In this document: positions 31,846-41,448 of the stretch, in pieces
Numbering within the stretch: position 1 is the stretch's first letter
How the letters are laid out: each line of letters opens with the position of its first letter
From: Rhizobium sp. Q54
GTDB lineage: Bacteria; Pseudomonadota; Alphaproteobacteria; UBA828
Direction: 5' to 3'
Length of the DNA stretch: 64,000 nt
NCBI GenBank assembly: GCA_945892755.1
Contig: CAMDDO010000004.1
Coordinates: forward strand, 3,099 to 67,098
Position numbers and translations under genes: made by a program
Notes under the pieces: model-generated
What the model saw: only the letters and a program-made list of their open reading frames with translations
The model's database searches: none
Told to the model about the DNA's origin: nothing

Positions 31846-32552
31846 TTTTCGCGCGCATGGATTCGCGCCGGCTGCCTGGCAAGGCGTTGTGCGATATCGC
31901 CGGTCGGCCATTATTGGGACGCGTGCTCGACCGCGTACGCGCGGTTCACTCCGCGCCGCCGATTGTCGTGGCCACTTCGGCGCGCGCGGTCGACGATCCG
32001 ATCGCGCGCTTCGCCAAGGCGGAGGGTGTGGGATTGTTCAGGGGTGATGCCGCGGATGTGCTCGGCCGCGCTCTGGCCTGCGCGGATCATTTCGCATTTT
32101 CGGCGATCATCCGCATCTCAGGCGATAGTCCTTTCATAGACCCCGGCCTGATCAAGCAGTGCGTCACCCGCTTCGAGGCCGTGCCGGAGATCGATTTGGT
32201 GACCAATGCCATGCCCAAGACATTCGCACCCGGATTGAGCGTCGAGGTGATCGCGACCGAGGCTCTGCGCCGCGCTTCAAGAGAGGCCACCGCAACCGAT
32301 GAGCGGGAGCATGTGACGCTATATTTGTATCGGCACGCGGCACGGTTTCGAATCGAGAATATCGCGGCGCCCGATGAGCGTTACCTTGGCATCACGCTCA
32401 CCATCGATGAACCGGGCGATCTTGACCGCGCGACCTGGATCGCCCAGGCGCTCGGGCCACGCGCCGCGAGCGCGCCGCTCGACGAGGTGGTCGCCCTCGC
32501 GCGCCGCTTCGGTGCCGAACGCTCGCCGGAGGTCGTGCATGGACGTGCGTGA
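31806..32552 (+). CDS. acylneuraminate cytidylyltransferase-family protein (SpsF/PseF-like), copy 1
   Basis: VVFARMDSRRLPGKAL motif of the CTP_transf_3 family. An alternative GTG start lies at 31825. Confidence 0.75.
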   Translation: MAQGGGSVPLGLVVFARMDSRRLPGKALCDIAGRPLLGRVLDRVRAVHSAPPIVVATSARAVDDPIARFAKAEGVGLFRGDAADVLGRALACADHFAFSAIIRISGDSPFIDPGLIKQCVTRFEAVPEIDLVTNAMPKTFAPGLSVEVIATEALRRASREATATDEREHVTLYLYRHAARFRIENIAAPDERYLGITLTIDEPGDLDRATWIAQALGPRAASAPLDEVVALARRFGAERSPEVVHGRA

Positions 32553-32916
32553 GCGAAAACCACCCCGTCGGTTTGCGGTCGGTCCGAAGGGGGCACAGGC
32601 GACGCTCGCCCATTGTGCCGACGTCGCGCTCGAGCCTGACGAGATGGTCAGCTTCGTTACCGCGAGCGGCACCGAGTTCGACGTGGTGCGCAAGGCCTGG
32701 GGCTATTACGCGACGCCCTCGCTCAATGCGCGACTGCCCGAGAAGGGCCTGCGGCCGGCCCTGGTCGGCAGCACGACGCGGCGTTATGTATTGCTGGCCG
32801 AACCCGCCAGGCTCGATGAATTCCACGCCTATCTGAAGAGTCAGCACATGACGGTCATCGCCTGGCTCGATGTCGACGAGGTGGTGTCGGTGAAATCGGC
32901 CAGTGAGCATTCCTGA
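32539..32916 (+). CDS. small (125-aa) uncharacterised protein, tandem paralog A
   Basis: GGAGG RBS 7 nt upstream, 14-nt overlap with the upstream gene. No known motif. Confidence 0.5.
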   Translation: MDVRERKPPRRFAVGPKGAQATLAHCADVALEPDEMVSFVTASGTEFDVVRKAWGYYATPSLNARLPEKGLRPALVGSTTRRYVLLAEPARLDEFHAYLKSQHMTVIAWLDVDEVVSVKSASEHS

Positions 32917-32940
32917 CATGAGCCGGCATGGAGATCGTGG

Positions 32941-33297
32941 ATGAAGGCCAAGCTGAGAAGCGAGCCGCGCCGCTTCACGCCGCTTGTGGGCCTCGAGATC
33001 CGCGACTGCGGCGCTATCGAGCTCGGTATCGACGAGCAGATCACGGTTACGACCGAGACGGGCATCGGCAACGACATCGTCCGCAAGGAGTGGGGCTTCT
33101 ACCTCTCGAACTCGCTGAACGCCAATCTCACCGCCAAGGGTTTCAAGACCGCGCTCGTCGTGAGCCATGCCAGCACCCCGCCGCGCACTTATCTCAACCT
33201 CGTCGAGCGCGACAAGATGGCGGCATTCGAGGCGTATCTGCGCGCGTTCAACGCGCGTGTCGCCTGTTGGCTCGACGAATGGCCGACCTCTGGTTGA
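32941..33297 (+). CDS. small (118-aa) uncharacterised protein, tandem paralog B
   Basis: Aligns colinearly with paralog A (VRKxWGxYxxxSLNAxLxxKG..xALV.....RxYxxLxE...xxxFxAYL.....xxxWLD). Confidence 0.5.
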   Translation: MKAKLRSEPRRFTPLVGLEIRDCGAIELGIDEQITVTTETGIGNDIVRKEWGFYLSNSLNANLTAKGFKTALVVSHASTPPRTYLNLVERDKMAAFEAYLRAFNARVACWLDEWPTSG

Positions 33298-33311
33298 GTT
33301 TGTAGAGAGAC

Positions 33312-35147
33312 ATGACACGCATCGCCGGAATCGCAAGCGGCGCCCCGCCAGACATCGCGGCTGCCATGGTATCGCGTATGACGGTGGGGAGTACCGCATG
33401 CGTGAGCCTATGTGTTGCACAGATCGGGCTGGCCTCCAGCGATGCCAAGAATGGCTGGTTCGATGACGGCCACGTCGTCGTTGCTTTCGATGGGCTGGTC
33501 TATAACCGTGACGAGTTCGACGCGCTTGAAACGATGTCCGATGCCGCCGTGCTCGCCGCGCTCTACCGGCGCTACGGCATGCCCGGCGCGCTTCACCGAC
33601 TGAACGCGGATTTTGCCTGTGCGCTCTTCGATCGCGCGCAACGGAGGCTCTACCTGGCGCGCGATCGCTTCGGCGTGAAGCCGATGTACTACGTTGCGAG
33701 CGGCGCATTGGTCGCGTTCGCGTCGCGGCTTGCGGGGCTGTTTTGCCTGCCGGGCGTCGATCTTGCCCCCCGTCCGGACTATCTGGCCACGATGGCGGCC
33801 GGACACTATCGCTTTTTCGACAATCCGCCCGAGGCCACGCCCTATCGCGGACTCGCCCAATTGGCCCCCGGCATGGTGCTCACCATCGCCAATGGCTCGG
33901 CGTCATTGTCGCGTTGGTACGCGCTTGAGGATCAAGGTGACGATCCGCGTTCGTTCCAAGATTTGACGGAAGCCTATCGGGTGTTGTTTTTCGACTCGGT
34001 CAAGCGTCGCCTGGCGCGCGTCGATCGGCCTGCCTTCTCGCTTTCGGGCGGTCTCGATTCGAGCTCGGTCGCGACCAGTGCGGCGCTTATCTCGGGGACG
34101 CCGTCACGGGCCTATTCGACTGTCTATGATGGCGCCGCCTATGACGAGACGGCCGAGATTCGCGATGTTCTTGAAGGCGGCAGGATCGAGTGGCAACCAA
34201 TCGAACTCGGCACCTTCGATCTCTTTGCCGAGGTCGCACGCCTTACGGCGCGGCACGATCAGCCGCTCTCGACCGTCACCTGGCTGGCGCACGCGGTGCT
34301 CTGCGAAAAAATCAAAGCGTCGGGTCATGGCGGGATCTTGGGTGGTCTCGGTGGCGATGAGCAACACGCCGGCGAGTATGATTATTTTTTCTATTTCTTC
34401 GCTGATTTGAAGGCCGCCGGTGATGAGGCGCGACTTGCCCACGAAATCGCGTGTTGGCAGCGCCATCACGATCACCCGGTCTGGCGCAAGACGCCGGGGG
34501 TGGCCGCGATGAAGATGGCACGGTTGACCGATTGCTCCGTGCCCGGCCGGGTGATCGCGGACGTCGATTTGCTGGCACGCTATCAAGAAGCGCTGTCGCC
34601 GGATGCGCGCTCGGCGGTCGCGCCGACGCTTGAAAACCCATTCCAGAGCTACCTCAAGAGCCACGCCTACAACGAAATCTATCGCGAGACGATGCCCTGT
34701 TGCTTACGCGCCTCGGAGCGCAACACCGAAGCACTCGGGCTCACCGACGCATTTCCGTTTTTCGATCACCGACTGGTCGAGCTCGCCTTTCGTGTGCCAA
34801 GTGTGCTCAAGATCAGGGACGGCGTGACGAAGCAACTCTTGCGCACCGCGATGAAGGGGACGCTACCGGAGAAAACGCGCACGCGGATCGCCAAGACAGG
34901 GTGGAATGCGCCGCTCCATCAGTGGCTGGCGGCGCGCTATAAGGCGCCCCTGCTCGATCTGGTGCGCAGCCGCGCCTTCCGCGAGCGCGGACTCTATCGG
35001 GCGAACGTCGTCGAACATTTGATCGAGGAGCATGCCACGATCGTTGAAAGCGGTGCGCCGCGCGACAACCACATGATGTTCTTGTGGCAGTTGATCGGCC
35101 TCGAGCTTTGGCTGAACGGCTTGGCCCAGGCCAGAAAGGCAGCCTAG
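33312..35147 (+). CDS. AsnB-like amidotransferase paralog lacking the N-terminal Cys nucleophile
   Basis: Starts MTRIAGI instead of MCGIAG; the PP-loop LSGGLDSS is retained. Confidence 0.8.
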   Translation: MTRIAGIASGAPPDIAAAMVSRMTVGSTACVSLCVAQIGLASSDAKNGWFDDGHVVVAFDGLVYNRDEFDALETMSDAAVLAALYRRYGMPGALHRLNADFACALFDRAQRRLYLARDRFGVKPMYYVASGALVAFASRLAGLFCLPGVDLAPRPDYLATMAAGHYRFFDNPPEATPYRGLAQLAPGMVLTIANGSASLSRWYALEDQGDDPRSFQDLTEAYRVLFFDSVKRRLARVDRPAFSLSGGLDSSSVATSAALISGTPSRAYSTVYDGAAYDETAEIRDVLEGGRIEWQPIELGTFDLFAEVARLTARHDQPLSTVTWLAHAVLCEKIKASGHGGILGGLGGDEQHAGEYDYFFYFFADLKAAGDEARLAHEIACWQRHHDHPVWRKTPGVAAMKMARLTDCSVPGRVIADVDLLARYQEALSPDARSAVAPTLENPFQSYLKSHAYNEIYRETMPCCLRASERNTEALGLTDAFPFFDHRLVELAFRVPSVLKIRDGVTKQLLRTAMKGTLPEKTRTRIAKTGWNAPLHQWLAARYKAPLLDLVRSRAFRERGLYRANVVEHLIEEHATIVESGAPRDNHMMFLWQLIGLELWLNGLAQARKAA

Positions 35148-35151
35148 CGCG

Positions 35152-36702
35152 ATGAGCCAGGAATCGCGGCGCGACCGACCGGTGGTCATCATCCAGATGA
35201 TGAACCAATATGCCGATCTCCTGAGCGCGCTCGCCAAGGCACTGAGCGAGAATTACGGCATCGGCTCGATCCTGATCCATCGCGGGCCGGGCGATCTGCC
35301 CAACCCGAAGCGCTATCATTTTGACAAGACGGCGTTCGATGAGTTGCTCGACATCGAATCTATCCTCGCGCCACGCGCCATTGAAAATTTACCCCGCACC
35401 GCCGCGCTCGCGGCCGAGATCGCGACGGTCGAGCAGAGGCTTTCGATCAAATTGCTTGAAGCGGTGCGCGCGGATCGCCATCTCGGTCGCGGCTTTGTCG
35501 TCGGCGCGGTCTATGCGCGTTCGCGCTATGGTATTTCAGTCGATTTCGATCAGAGCCTCGATATCGCGCTCCGCCTCGCATGTCGATTCGAAGAGCTTTA
35601 TCGCTCCCGCGAGGTCGTGGCGGTGATCGGCGCGATATCTTCGATCCATGGCAATCTGATGGTCAGCGTGGCCGAGGGCCTCGGCCTGCCGGTGCGGCAG
35701 CCCAATTTGACGAACAACACGCGGCTTTATTGGGCGGTCGATCGCCATTTCCGGCCGCTTGATTTCGAGGCCTCGCTGGCGCGCGCGCTGCAACAAGGCA
35801 ATGCGCGCGCCGAACTCGGCACCACCGCGCGCGCGGCCGGCGTGATCGCGAGCCTGCCTCGGCAAACCACCTGGCGCTATCTCGCGCGAGCCATCTATCG
35901 CGCGACGCGGCGCGAACTCGGCCATCGGCTCAAGCGGCGCGATCAGGTCTATGGCAAATATCTCTGGGGCGATCTGCTGAAGACGATCATCGGCACATGG
36001 CGGCTGCGTCGTGCCGCGCGCAAGGCGACGCCCGTATTGCCGACGCTGCCCGCCGGCCTGCCCTATGTGTTTCTGCCGTTTTCGGTCGAGCCCGAATCGA
36101 CCCTGATGGCCGAATCGCCGACCTGCGACAATCAACTTGCCTTGATCGATTGGGTCGCCAAGGCGATGCCGAGCGGCTGGCGCCTCCTCGTCAAGGAACA
36201 CCCGGCCTTCACCGCGCCCCGCCCCGCGGGCTTCTGGGAGCGGGTGCGCGCCTACCCGAACGTGGTCGTGTTAGCGCCGCTCGAGCGCGGCGAAGATGCC
36301 ATGCGCGGCGCCAAGGCGCTCGCGATCATCCGCAGTTCGCTCGGCTTCCAGGCCGCCGCGCTCGGCATTCCGGTCGTCACGCCGCATCCGGCCTATTATG
36401 GCGCGAGCCTGCCGCACGTCTTCATCGTCGAATCCTATCGCGCGATGGAAGCGGCCTTGCGCAAGATCGCGCGCGACGAGCTGCCGCCGATCGCGCTGCG
36501 AATCCAAGCGTTTCAGGCCTTGCACACTGTCTTCGACGAGGCGAGCCTGCCGATCGCCGATCCGAACCTGATTCGCGGCGTGGCCGGCGGGCGGGAGATC
36601 GACCCGGGCGAGGTGGGCCTAATCGTCCGATCGCTCGCCGAGAGTCTGAACCTCGGGTCCGGCGAAGTGGCGCGCGCGCTTCTGCTAAAGGGTGTCAGAT
36701 GA
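35152..36702 (+). CDS. capsule-polysaccharide-biosynthesis (KpsC/KpsS/LpsZ/RkpZ-like) putative glycosyltransferase
   Basis: LLVKEHP motif and surrounding GT-B-like C-terminal half resemble the Capsule_synth family. Assignment is from memory of the motif. Confidence 0.5.
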   Translation: MSQESRRDRPVVIIQMMNQYADLLSALAKALSENYGIGSILIHRGPGDLPNPKRYHFDKTAFDELLDIESILAPRAIENLPRTAALAAEIATVEQRLSIKLLEAVRADRHLGRGFVVGAVYARSRYGISVDFDQSLDIALRLACRFEELYRSREVVAVIGAISSIHGNLMVSVAEGLGLPVRQPNLTNNTRLYWAVDRHFRPLDFEASLARALQQGNARAELGTTARAAGVIASLPRQTTWRYLARAIYRATRRELGHRLKRRDQVYGKYLWGDLLKTIIGTWRLRRAARKATPVLPTLPAGLPYVFLPFSVEPESTLMAESPTCDNQLALIDWVAKAMPSGWRLLVKEHPAFTAPRPAGFWERVRAYPNVVVLAPLERGEDAMRGAKALAIIRSSLGFQAAALGIPVVTPHPAYYGASLPHVFIVESYRAMEAALRKIARDELPPIALRIQAFQALHTVFDEASLPIADPNLIRGVAGGREIDPGEVGLIVRSLAESLNLGSGEVARALLLKGVR

Positions 36703-36745
36703 TTCCTTTCGCGCCAATCGATGCGTCCCTCCAAGAGATTACGTC

Positions 36746-37555
36746 GTGAGAACCGCCATCGTCGTCGAATCTCGACTGAGCTCGCGCCGCTTGCCGGGGA
36801 AGGCGCTGCGCCCGATCGCCGGCGAGCCCATGTTGGGCGTGCTGCTTGATCGGCTCAAGCGTTCGCGCCTTGCCGACGTGATCTGCGTCGCCACCTCGAC
36901 CGAGCCCAATGACGCCGCCATCGCGGCGCTCGCGCGCGCCAAGGGCGTCGAGGCCTTTCTCGGCTCTCTTGACGACGTCCTTGGTCGCGTGTTGGGCGCG
37001 CTTGATTTTGTGGCCGCCGATTTGATCGTCGAGATCACAGGCGATTGCCCGCTCGTGGACCCGCTCCTCATCGATCAGGCCATTGCGCGTTACCTCGCGG
37101 GGGGCGCCGACTACCTCGCCAACATGCTCAATCGGCTGACCTACCCGATCGGCATGGATGTGCAAATTTATTCCCGCGCGCTGCTCGCCAGTGTCGATCT
37201 TCTGTGCCTCGAGCCGGACATGCGCGTCGACGTGACGCCCTATATTTATCGTCATGGCGAACGGTTCCGCTTGCTCAATATTCTGGCGCCGCCGCCCCTG
37301 AGCCGGCCGAATTACCGGTTGTGTGTCGATGTCAAGGAAGATTTCGAGTTGATCGAAGCGGTGCACCACGCGCTCGGCCGTCGTGGAACGGCCTACGGTC
37401 TCGCCGAGATCGTCGCCTTCCTCGATGCAAACCCTGCGCTCGCACGTCACAATCTGAACCAGCCCGACGCCTTCGCCTGTCCACGCACTGTCGGGCCGCT
37501 GCGCGAGGAAGAAATGCCACTTCCGGCCGACGATCCGAGGCTCGCCGCCGCATGA
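36746..37555 (+). CDS. acylneuraminate cytidylyltransferase-family protein (SpsF/PseF-like), copy 2
   Basis: AIVVESRLSSRRLPGKAL, colinear with copy 1. GTG start at 36746. Confidence 0.75.
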   Translation: MRTAIVVESRLSSRRLPGKALRPIAGEPMLGVLLDRLKRSRLADVICVATSTEPNDAAIAALARAKGVEAFLGSLDDVLGRVLGALDFVAADLIVEITGDCPLVDPLLIDQAIARYLAGGADYLANMLNRLTYPIGMDVQIYSRALLASVDLLCLEPDMRVDVTPYIYRHGERFRLLNILAPPPLSRPNYRLCVDVKEDFELIEAVHHALGRRGTAYGLAEIVAFLDANPALARHNLNQPDAFACPRTVGPLREEEMPLPADDPRLAAA

Positions 37556-38535
37556 CGCGCGCGCTGATCATTGGCTGTGGCCAAATCGCCGGTGGCTTTA
37601 ATGAGAGCGACGAGACCAGCACTTTGAGCCATGTCGTGGCGCTGCGGCACGCGGGGGCCGACGTGATCGGGTGCATGGATCATGATCCCACCCGCGCGCG
37701 CCGCTTTGCCGAGCGCTGGAACATTGGCGAACACGGCACAGTGCTTGCTGCGATGCTGGAGCGCCTGGCGCCCGACCTTGTGGTCGATTGCACGCCGCCC
37801 AGCGTACGCCTCAGCATTGTCTCGGCTGCGCTCGTCGCGCCGAGCGTGCGCGCACTCTTGATCGAGAAGCCGTTGGCGAGCAGTGCCGCCGAGGCGGTCG
37901 CGATGCGTAGCCGTGTTCGCTCGGCCAACAAACCAGTGATCGTCGCCTATCAACGTGCTTTCGACGCGTGCTATGTCGCGGCCGAGACGATGGTGCGGCA
38001 GGGCGGACTCGGGCGATTGGTTCGTATTACTGCGATCGCTTATGGCGGCGCGCTCGCCAATATGTCGCATCTGCTCGAGCGCACGTTCGCGATGGCCGGT
38101 TGGCCACGCGAGGCCGCCCTAATTGGTGCACCGATTCTCGAAGACGCCAACGATCCCGGTCTTAGCTTCCGCGCCAGCTTCGCTGATGAGGTAGAGGGTG
38201 TCTTTCTCGCCGTGCCGCGCGCCGGGCCCGCCGTGATTGAACTCGAACTAATCGGCAGCGAGGGCCGGCTGCGCATCCTCGATTCCGAGCGGCGCGTCGA
38301 ATTGAGCCGTGCGTTGCCCTCGCGCGATGGCGTGGCGCGGCTTGTCGAGTCCGTAGCACCCACACCCCTGCCGGCCCCTGATTGGGAGGCGATTCGTCAC
38401 GTCGCCAAGGCCGCAATTGCCGCGTCCAGCGGAGCGATGCTCGATGTCGCCATGATCGAGCGCGCGACCGAGGCCGTGATCTTGATCGACAGCTTAAGAC
38501 ATACCGGCGTTTTCGCACGGAAGAACGCGGCGTGA
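37552..38535 (+). CDS. Gfo/Idh/MocA-family oxidoreductase, copy 2
   Basis: LIIGCGQIAGG Rossmann start, EKP motif (LLIEKPLA). Confidence 0.7.
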   Translation: MTRALIIGCGQIAGGFNESDETSTLSHVVALRHAGADVIGCMDHDPTRARRFAERWNIGEHGTVLAAMLERLAPDLVVDCTPPSVRLSIVSAALVAPSVRALLIEKPLASSAAEAVAMRSRVRSANKPVIVAYQRAFDACYVAAETMVRQGGLGRLVRITAIAYGGALANMSHLLERTFAMAGWPREAALIGAPILEDANDPGLSFRASFADEVEGVFLAVPRAGPAVIELELIGSEGRLRILDSERRVELSRALPSRDGVARLVESVAPTPLPAPDWEAIRHVAKAAIAASSGAMLDVAMIERATEAVILIDSLRHTGVFARKNAA

Positions 38536-39800
38536 TGCGAAACACCACACTTGCCATCAATGGTGGCGCGCCGACCATAGATCGATCGTTCCCGCCCTAT
38601 CGAACAATCGGTGAGGCCGAAGAGCGCGCGGCGCAACGCGTGCTACGCTCTGGCGTGTTGAGCGCGTTCTATGGTTCGATCGGCGATAATTTTCTCGGTG
38701 GCCCTGAGGTTAAACGCTTCGAGGCGGCCTGGGCGGCGCATTTTCAAGTGCGCCATGCGGTCTCGATGAACAGCGCGACGAGCGGGTTGATTGCGGCCGT
38801 GCAGGCACTCGGGCTTGGGCCGGGCGATGAGATGATCGTGCCGCCTTTTAGCATGATCGCGTCGGCCACGGCGGCGACGATCAACGGCGCGACACCGGTC
38901 TTCGTCGATATCCGCCCTGATATTTTCACGCTTGATCCAGCCATGGTCGAAGCCGCCATCACGCCACGCACCAAGGCGATCATGGTGGTCAATCTATTTG
39001 GCCAGCCGGCGGATCTCGATGCGCTGATCGCACTGGCCCGGCCGCGCGGCATCCGCGTGATCGAGGACAACGCGCAAGCCCCCGGCGCGCTCTATCACGG
39101 CCGTCAGGCTGGCACGATCGCCGATATCGGCATTTTCTCGCTCAATTGCCACAAAACGATCCAGACCGGCGAAGGGGGCTTTGCCTGCACCAATGACGAT
39201 GACCTGGCGTTGCGGCTTCAACTGATTCGCAATCACGGCGAGGCGGTGGTACGCGAGCTTGGCTATCGCAACGCGCCGGAGCGGATCACCGGATATAACT
39301 TCCGTCTGGGCGAGATCGAAGCCGCGATTGGCTATGAGCAATTGGCGAAGCTCGATGCCCTCACGCGGCCGCGCCAGCGTCTTGCCGCCTTCTTTGCCGA
39401 GCGCCTCGCGGCTCTGCCAGGCCTTTCCGTCCCCAAGGTCGAAACCGGGCGCAGTCACGTCTATTACGTCCATGCGCTGAAGCTTGATTCAAGGCGCGCG
39501 GGTTTCTCGCGGCGTTCCTTGGTTCGCGCGCTCGGCGCGGAGGGGCTCGAGGCCTATGAGGGCTATTGCAAGCCGCTCTATCTCGAACCGTTATTTTCGA
39601 ACAACGCGCGCAATCACGCCGGCCTTTGTCCGGTCACCGAACGGCTCCATGAGAGCGAATTGTTCTTTCATCCCTGGCTCTATGAGGCGATCGAGCCAAA
39701 GGCCGAATTGATCGTGCGAGCGTTCGAGAAAGTTTGGGATAATGCGACCGCGCTCGCCGCGCTTGATGATGATGGACGACGTGCTGTTCGCCGCCGCTGA
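38535..39800 (+). CDS. DegT/DnrJ/EryC1-family PLP sugar aminotransferase, copy 2
   Basis: FSLNCHKTIQTGEGG PLP-lysine region. Confidence 0.85.
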   Translation: MRNTTLAINGGAPTIDRSFPPYRTIGEAEERAAQRVLRSGVLSAFYGSIGDNFLGGPEVKRFEAAWAAHFQVRHAVSMNSATSGLIAAVQALGLGPGDEMIVPPFSMIASATAATINGATPVFVDIRPDIFTLDPAMVEAAITPRTKAIMVVNLFGQPADLDALIALARPRGIRVIEDNAQAPGALYHGRQAGTIADIGIFSLNCHKTIQTGEGGFACTNDDDLALRLQLIRNHGEAVVRELGYRNAPERITGYNFRLGEIEAAIGYEQLAKLDALTRPRQRLAAFFAERLAALPGLSVPKVETGRSHVYYVHALKLDSRRAGFSRRSLVRALGAEGLEAYEGYCKPLYLEPLFSNNARNHAGLCPVTERLHESELFFHPWLYEAIEPKAELIVRAFEKVWDNATALAALDDDGRRAVRRR

Positions 39801-40872
39801 ACCCGGTGGCGCCAATGTGCTGGCGAGCTTCCACGCCGGCGCGAAGCGTCGCTATCGGGCGTGTCCGGCATGGGCAACGCCGGGCGCAAGCCCCGTGTTC
39901 GAGGCCGCGGGCCTCAAAGTCGAGCGGCTCGAGGCCTTGCCGTCGGTCGCGGAGGTCGAACGGCGCTGGGCCGCGATCGAGAAGCCGGGCGCGGTTGTCA
40001 CGGGCACCTCGCTCGATGGCACGCTCGAAGCCACGCTCTGGCGCCTCGCCGCGCGCGATGGCGTTCCCGCGCTTGCCTGGATCGATCAATGGATGAACCT
40101 CGATCATCGATTTCGAAAGGGCCGCCCGGCCTGGGTCGCCGCGCTCGACGCGGCACAGCGCGATGCGCTGATCGCAATAGGCTTTGAGCATGACCGCGTC
40201 ATTTTGGGCGGCCATCCGCATCTTCACGCCATGATGTCGTGCCCGCTCGACGCCGCGCCTCATACCGATCGAGAAGGCATACAAACCGTCCTCTTTGTGA
40301 GCGAGTCCTATACCGAGGACTATCGCCTCGGCAGACTAAGCCCGCTTGGCTATGACGAACATGAGGTGTTCGACATCGTGGCCCATGGGATTGAGGCCGC
40401 CAAGCGCGCAGACCCAGACCGGCGCATCGATCTCGTGGTCAAATTTCATCCGCTCGAAGGCGAGCCGCGTCGGTTCATCGAACGCCTGGAATCAAGGCCG
40501 TGGCCCAAGAATGTTACCGCGCGTTGGTTGCCGGGCCCGGCATCGGGGCGTGAGGCCGCGGCGGCGGCTGATCTCGTCATCGGAATGAGTTCGATCTTGT
40601 TGCTTGAGGCGCTCCTAATGGAGCGACCTGTGCTCAGCCTGACGCCGGGGCATGAGGGCGAGGATCCCTTCATCGCGAGCCGGCTTGGCGCGGTGCATGC
40701 CGCTCATGAACGCGAGGCCGGGATTGTTCTTGTGCGCCGCGCCCTTGTCGAACCGGGCTTTCGTGCCGCGGCGCTTGAGCGCCAAAAGCGCTTCCTCGAT
40801 GCTATGCCCGAAGATGGCTCGGCCCTGGTCGTTGCTTGGCTCGATCGCGCGGGAACCCATGCCGGCGGCTGA
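39766..40872 (+). CDS. GT-B-like protein with K.HP motif (KpsC/KpsS/TagF-like), copy 2
   Basis: DLVVKFHPLEG then IGMSSILLLEALLMERPVL, resembling the C-terminal half of Capsule_synth/TagF transferases. Low certainty. Confidence 0.4.
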   Translation: MMMDDVLFAAAEPGGANVLASFHAGAKRRYRACPAWATPGASPVFEAAGLKVERLEALPSVAEVERRWAAIEKPGAVVTGTSLDGTLEATLWRLAARDGVPALAWIDQWMNLDHRFRKGRPAWVAALDAAQRDALIAIGFEHDRVILGGHPHLHAMMSCPLDAAPHTDREGIQTVLFVSESYTEDYRLGRLSPLGYDEHEVFDIVAHGIEAAKRADPDRRIDLVVKFHPLEGEPRRFIERLESRPWPKNVTARWLPGPASGREAAAAADLVIGMSSILLLEALLMERPVLSLTPGHEGEDPFIASRLGAVHAAHEREAGIVLVRRALVEPGFRAAALERQKRFLDAMPEDGSALVVAWLDRAGTHAGG

Positions 40873-41398
40873 ACCTATCGAAACCGCACGCTTGCGCCTC
40901 GAACCGTTCGGCGAGGCGCACTTGACCGAGATTTATGTTGCTTGGCTGAATGATCCCGAGATCGTGCGCTATAGCGAGCAACGCCATCGGCGGCACAATC
41001 TCGAAGGCAGTCGCCTTTGGGTTCAGTCCATGCGTGCGGGTGGCCATCCGCTCTGGGCGATCGAGGCAAAGAATCCACCGCTTGGTCATATCGGCAATAT
41101 TGCGGCCTATGTTGATGCGCCCAACCGGCTTGCGGATGTCAGCATTTTGATCGGCGCGCGCGCGGCGTGGGGCAAGGGCCTTGGCGCGGAGGCCTGGCGC
41201 GCGGCGTGTGACTGGCTGCTCGACTGCGCGCTCTTGCGTAAAGTCACCGGCGGTACCATGGCAGCCAATCGCGCGATGGTGCGCGTGATGGAACGCACCG
41301 GCATGCGCCCCGATGGCATGCGCGCCGGGCAATTTCTCCTCGATGGCGAAGCCGTCGATCTCGTGCACTATGCGCGCTTCGCGCCCAATCAAAGCTAG
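40859..41398 (+). CDS. GNAT-family acetyltransferase (RimL-like)
   Basis: RLEPFGEAHLTEIYVAWLNDPEIVRYSE N-terminus paralogous to the GNAT at 45741. GNAT core WGKGLGAEA. Confidence 0.7.
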   Translation: MPAAEPIETARLRLEPFGEAHLTEIYVAWLNDPEIVRYSEQRHRRHNLEGSRLWVQSMRAGGHPLWAIEAKNPPLGHIGNIAAYVDAPNRLADVSILIGARAAWGKGLGAEAWRAACDWLLDCALLRKVTGGTMAANRAMVRVMERTGMRPDGMRAGQFLLDGEAVDLVHYARFAPNQS

Positions 41399-41448
41399 AT
41401 CTCTCGGTCGCGATACGCCGCGGCCCGCCCAAACATCGGAGCATCCTT

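Noticed and set aside
39766-40872. Considered calling this gene a NeuC/LegG-type hydrolysing UDP-GlcNAc 2-epimerase
   Set aside because: It lacks the HxEAGxR and C-terminal GNSSSG-like epimerase motifs. The K.HP motif fits a KpsC/KpsS/TagF-like transferase better, so it was left as a low-confidence GT-B-like call.
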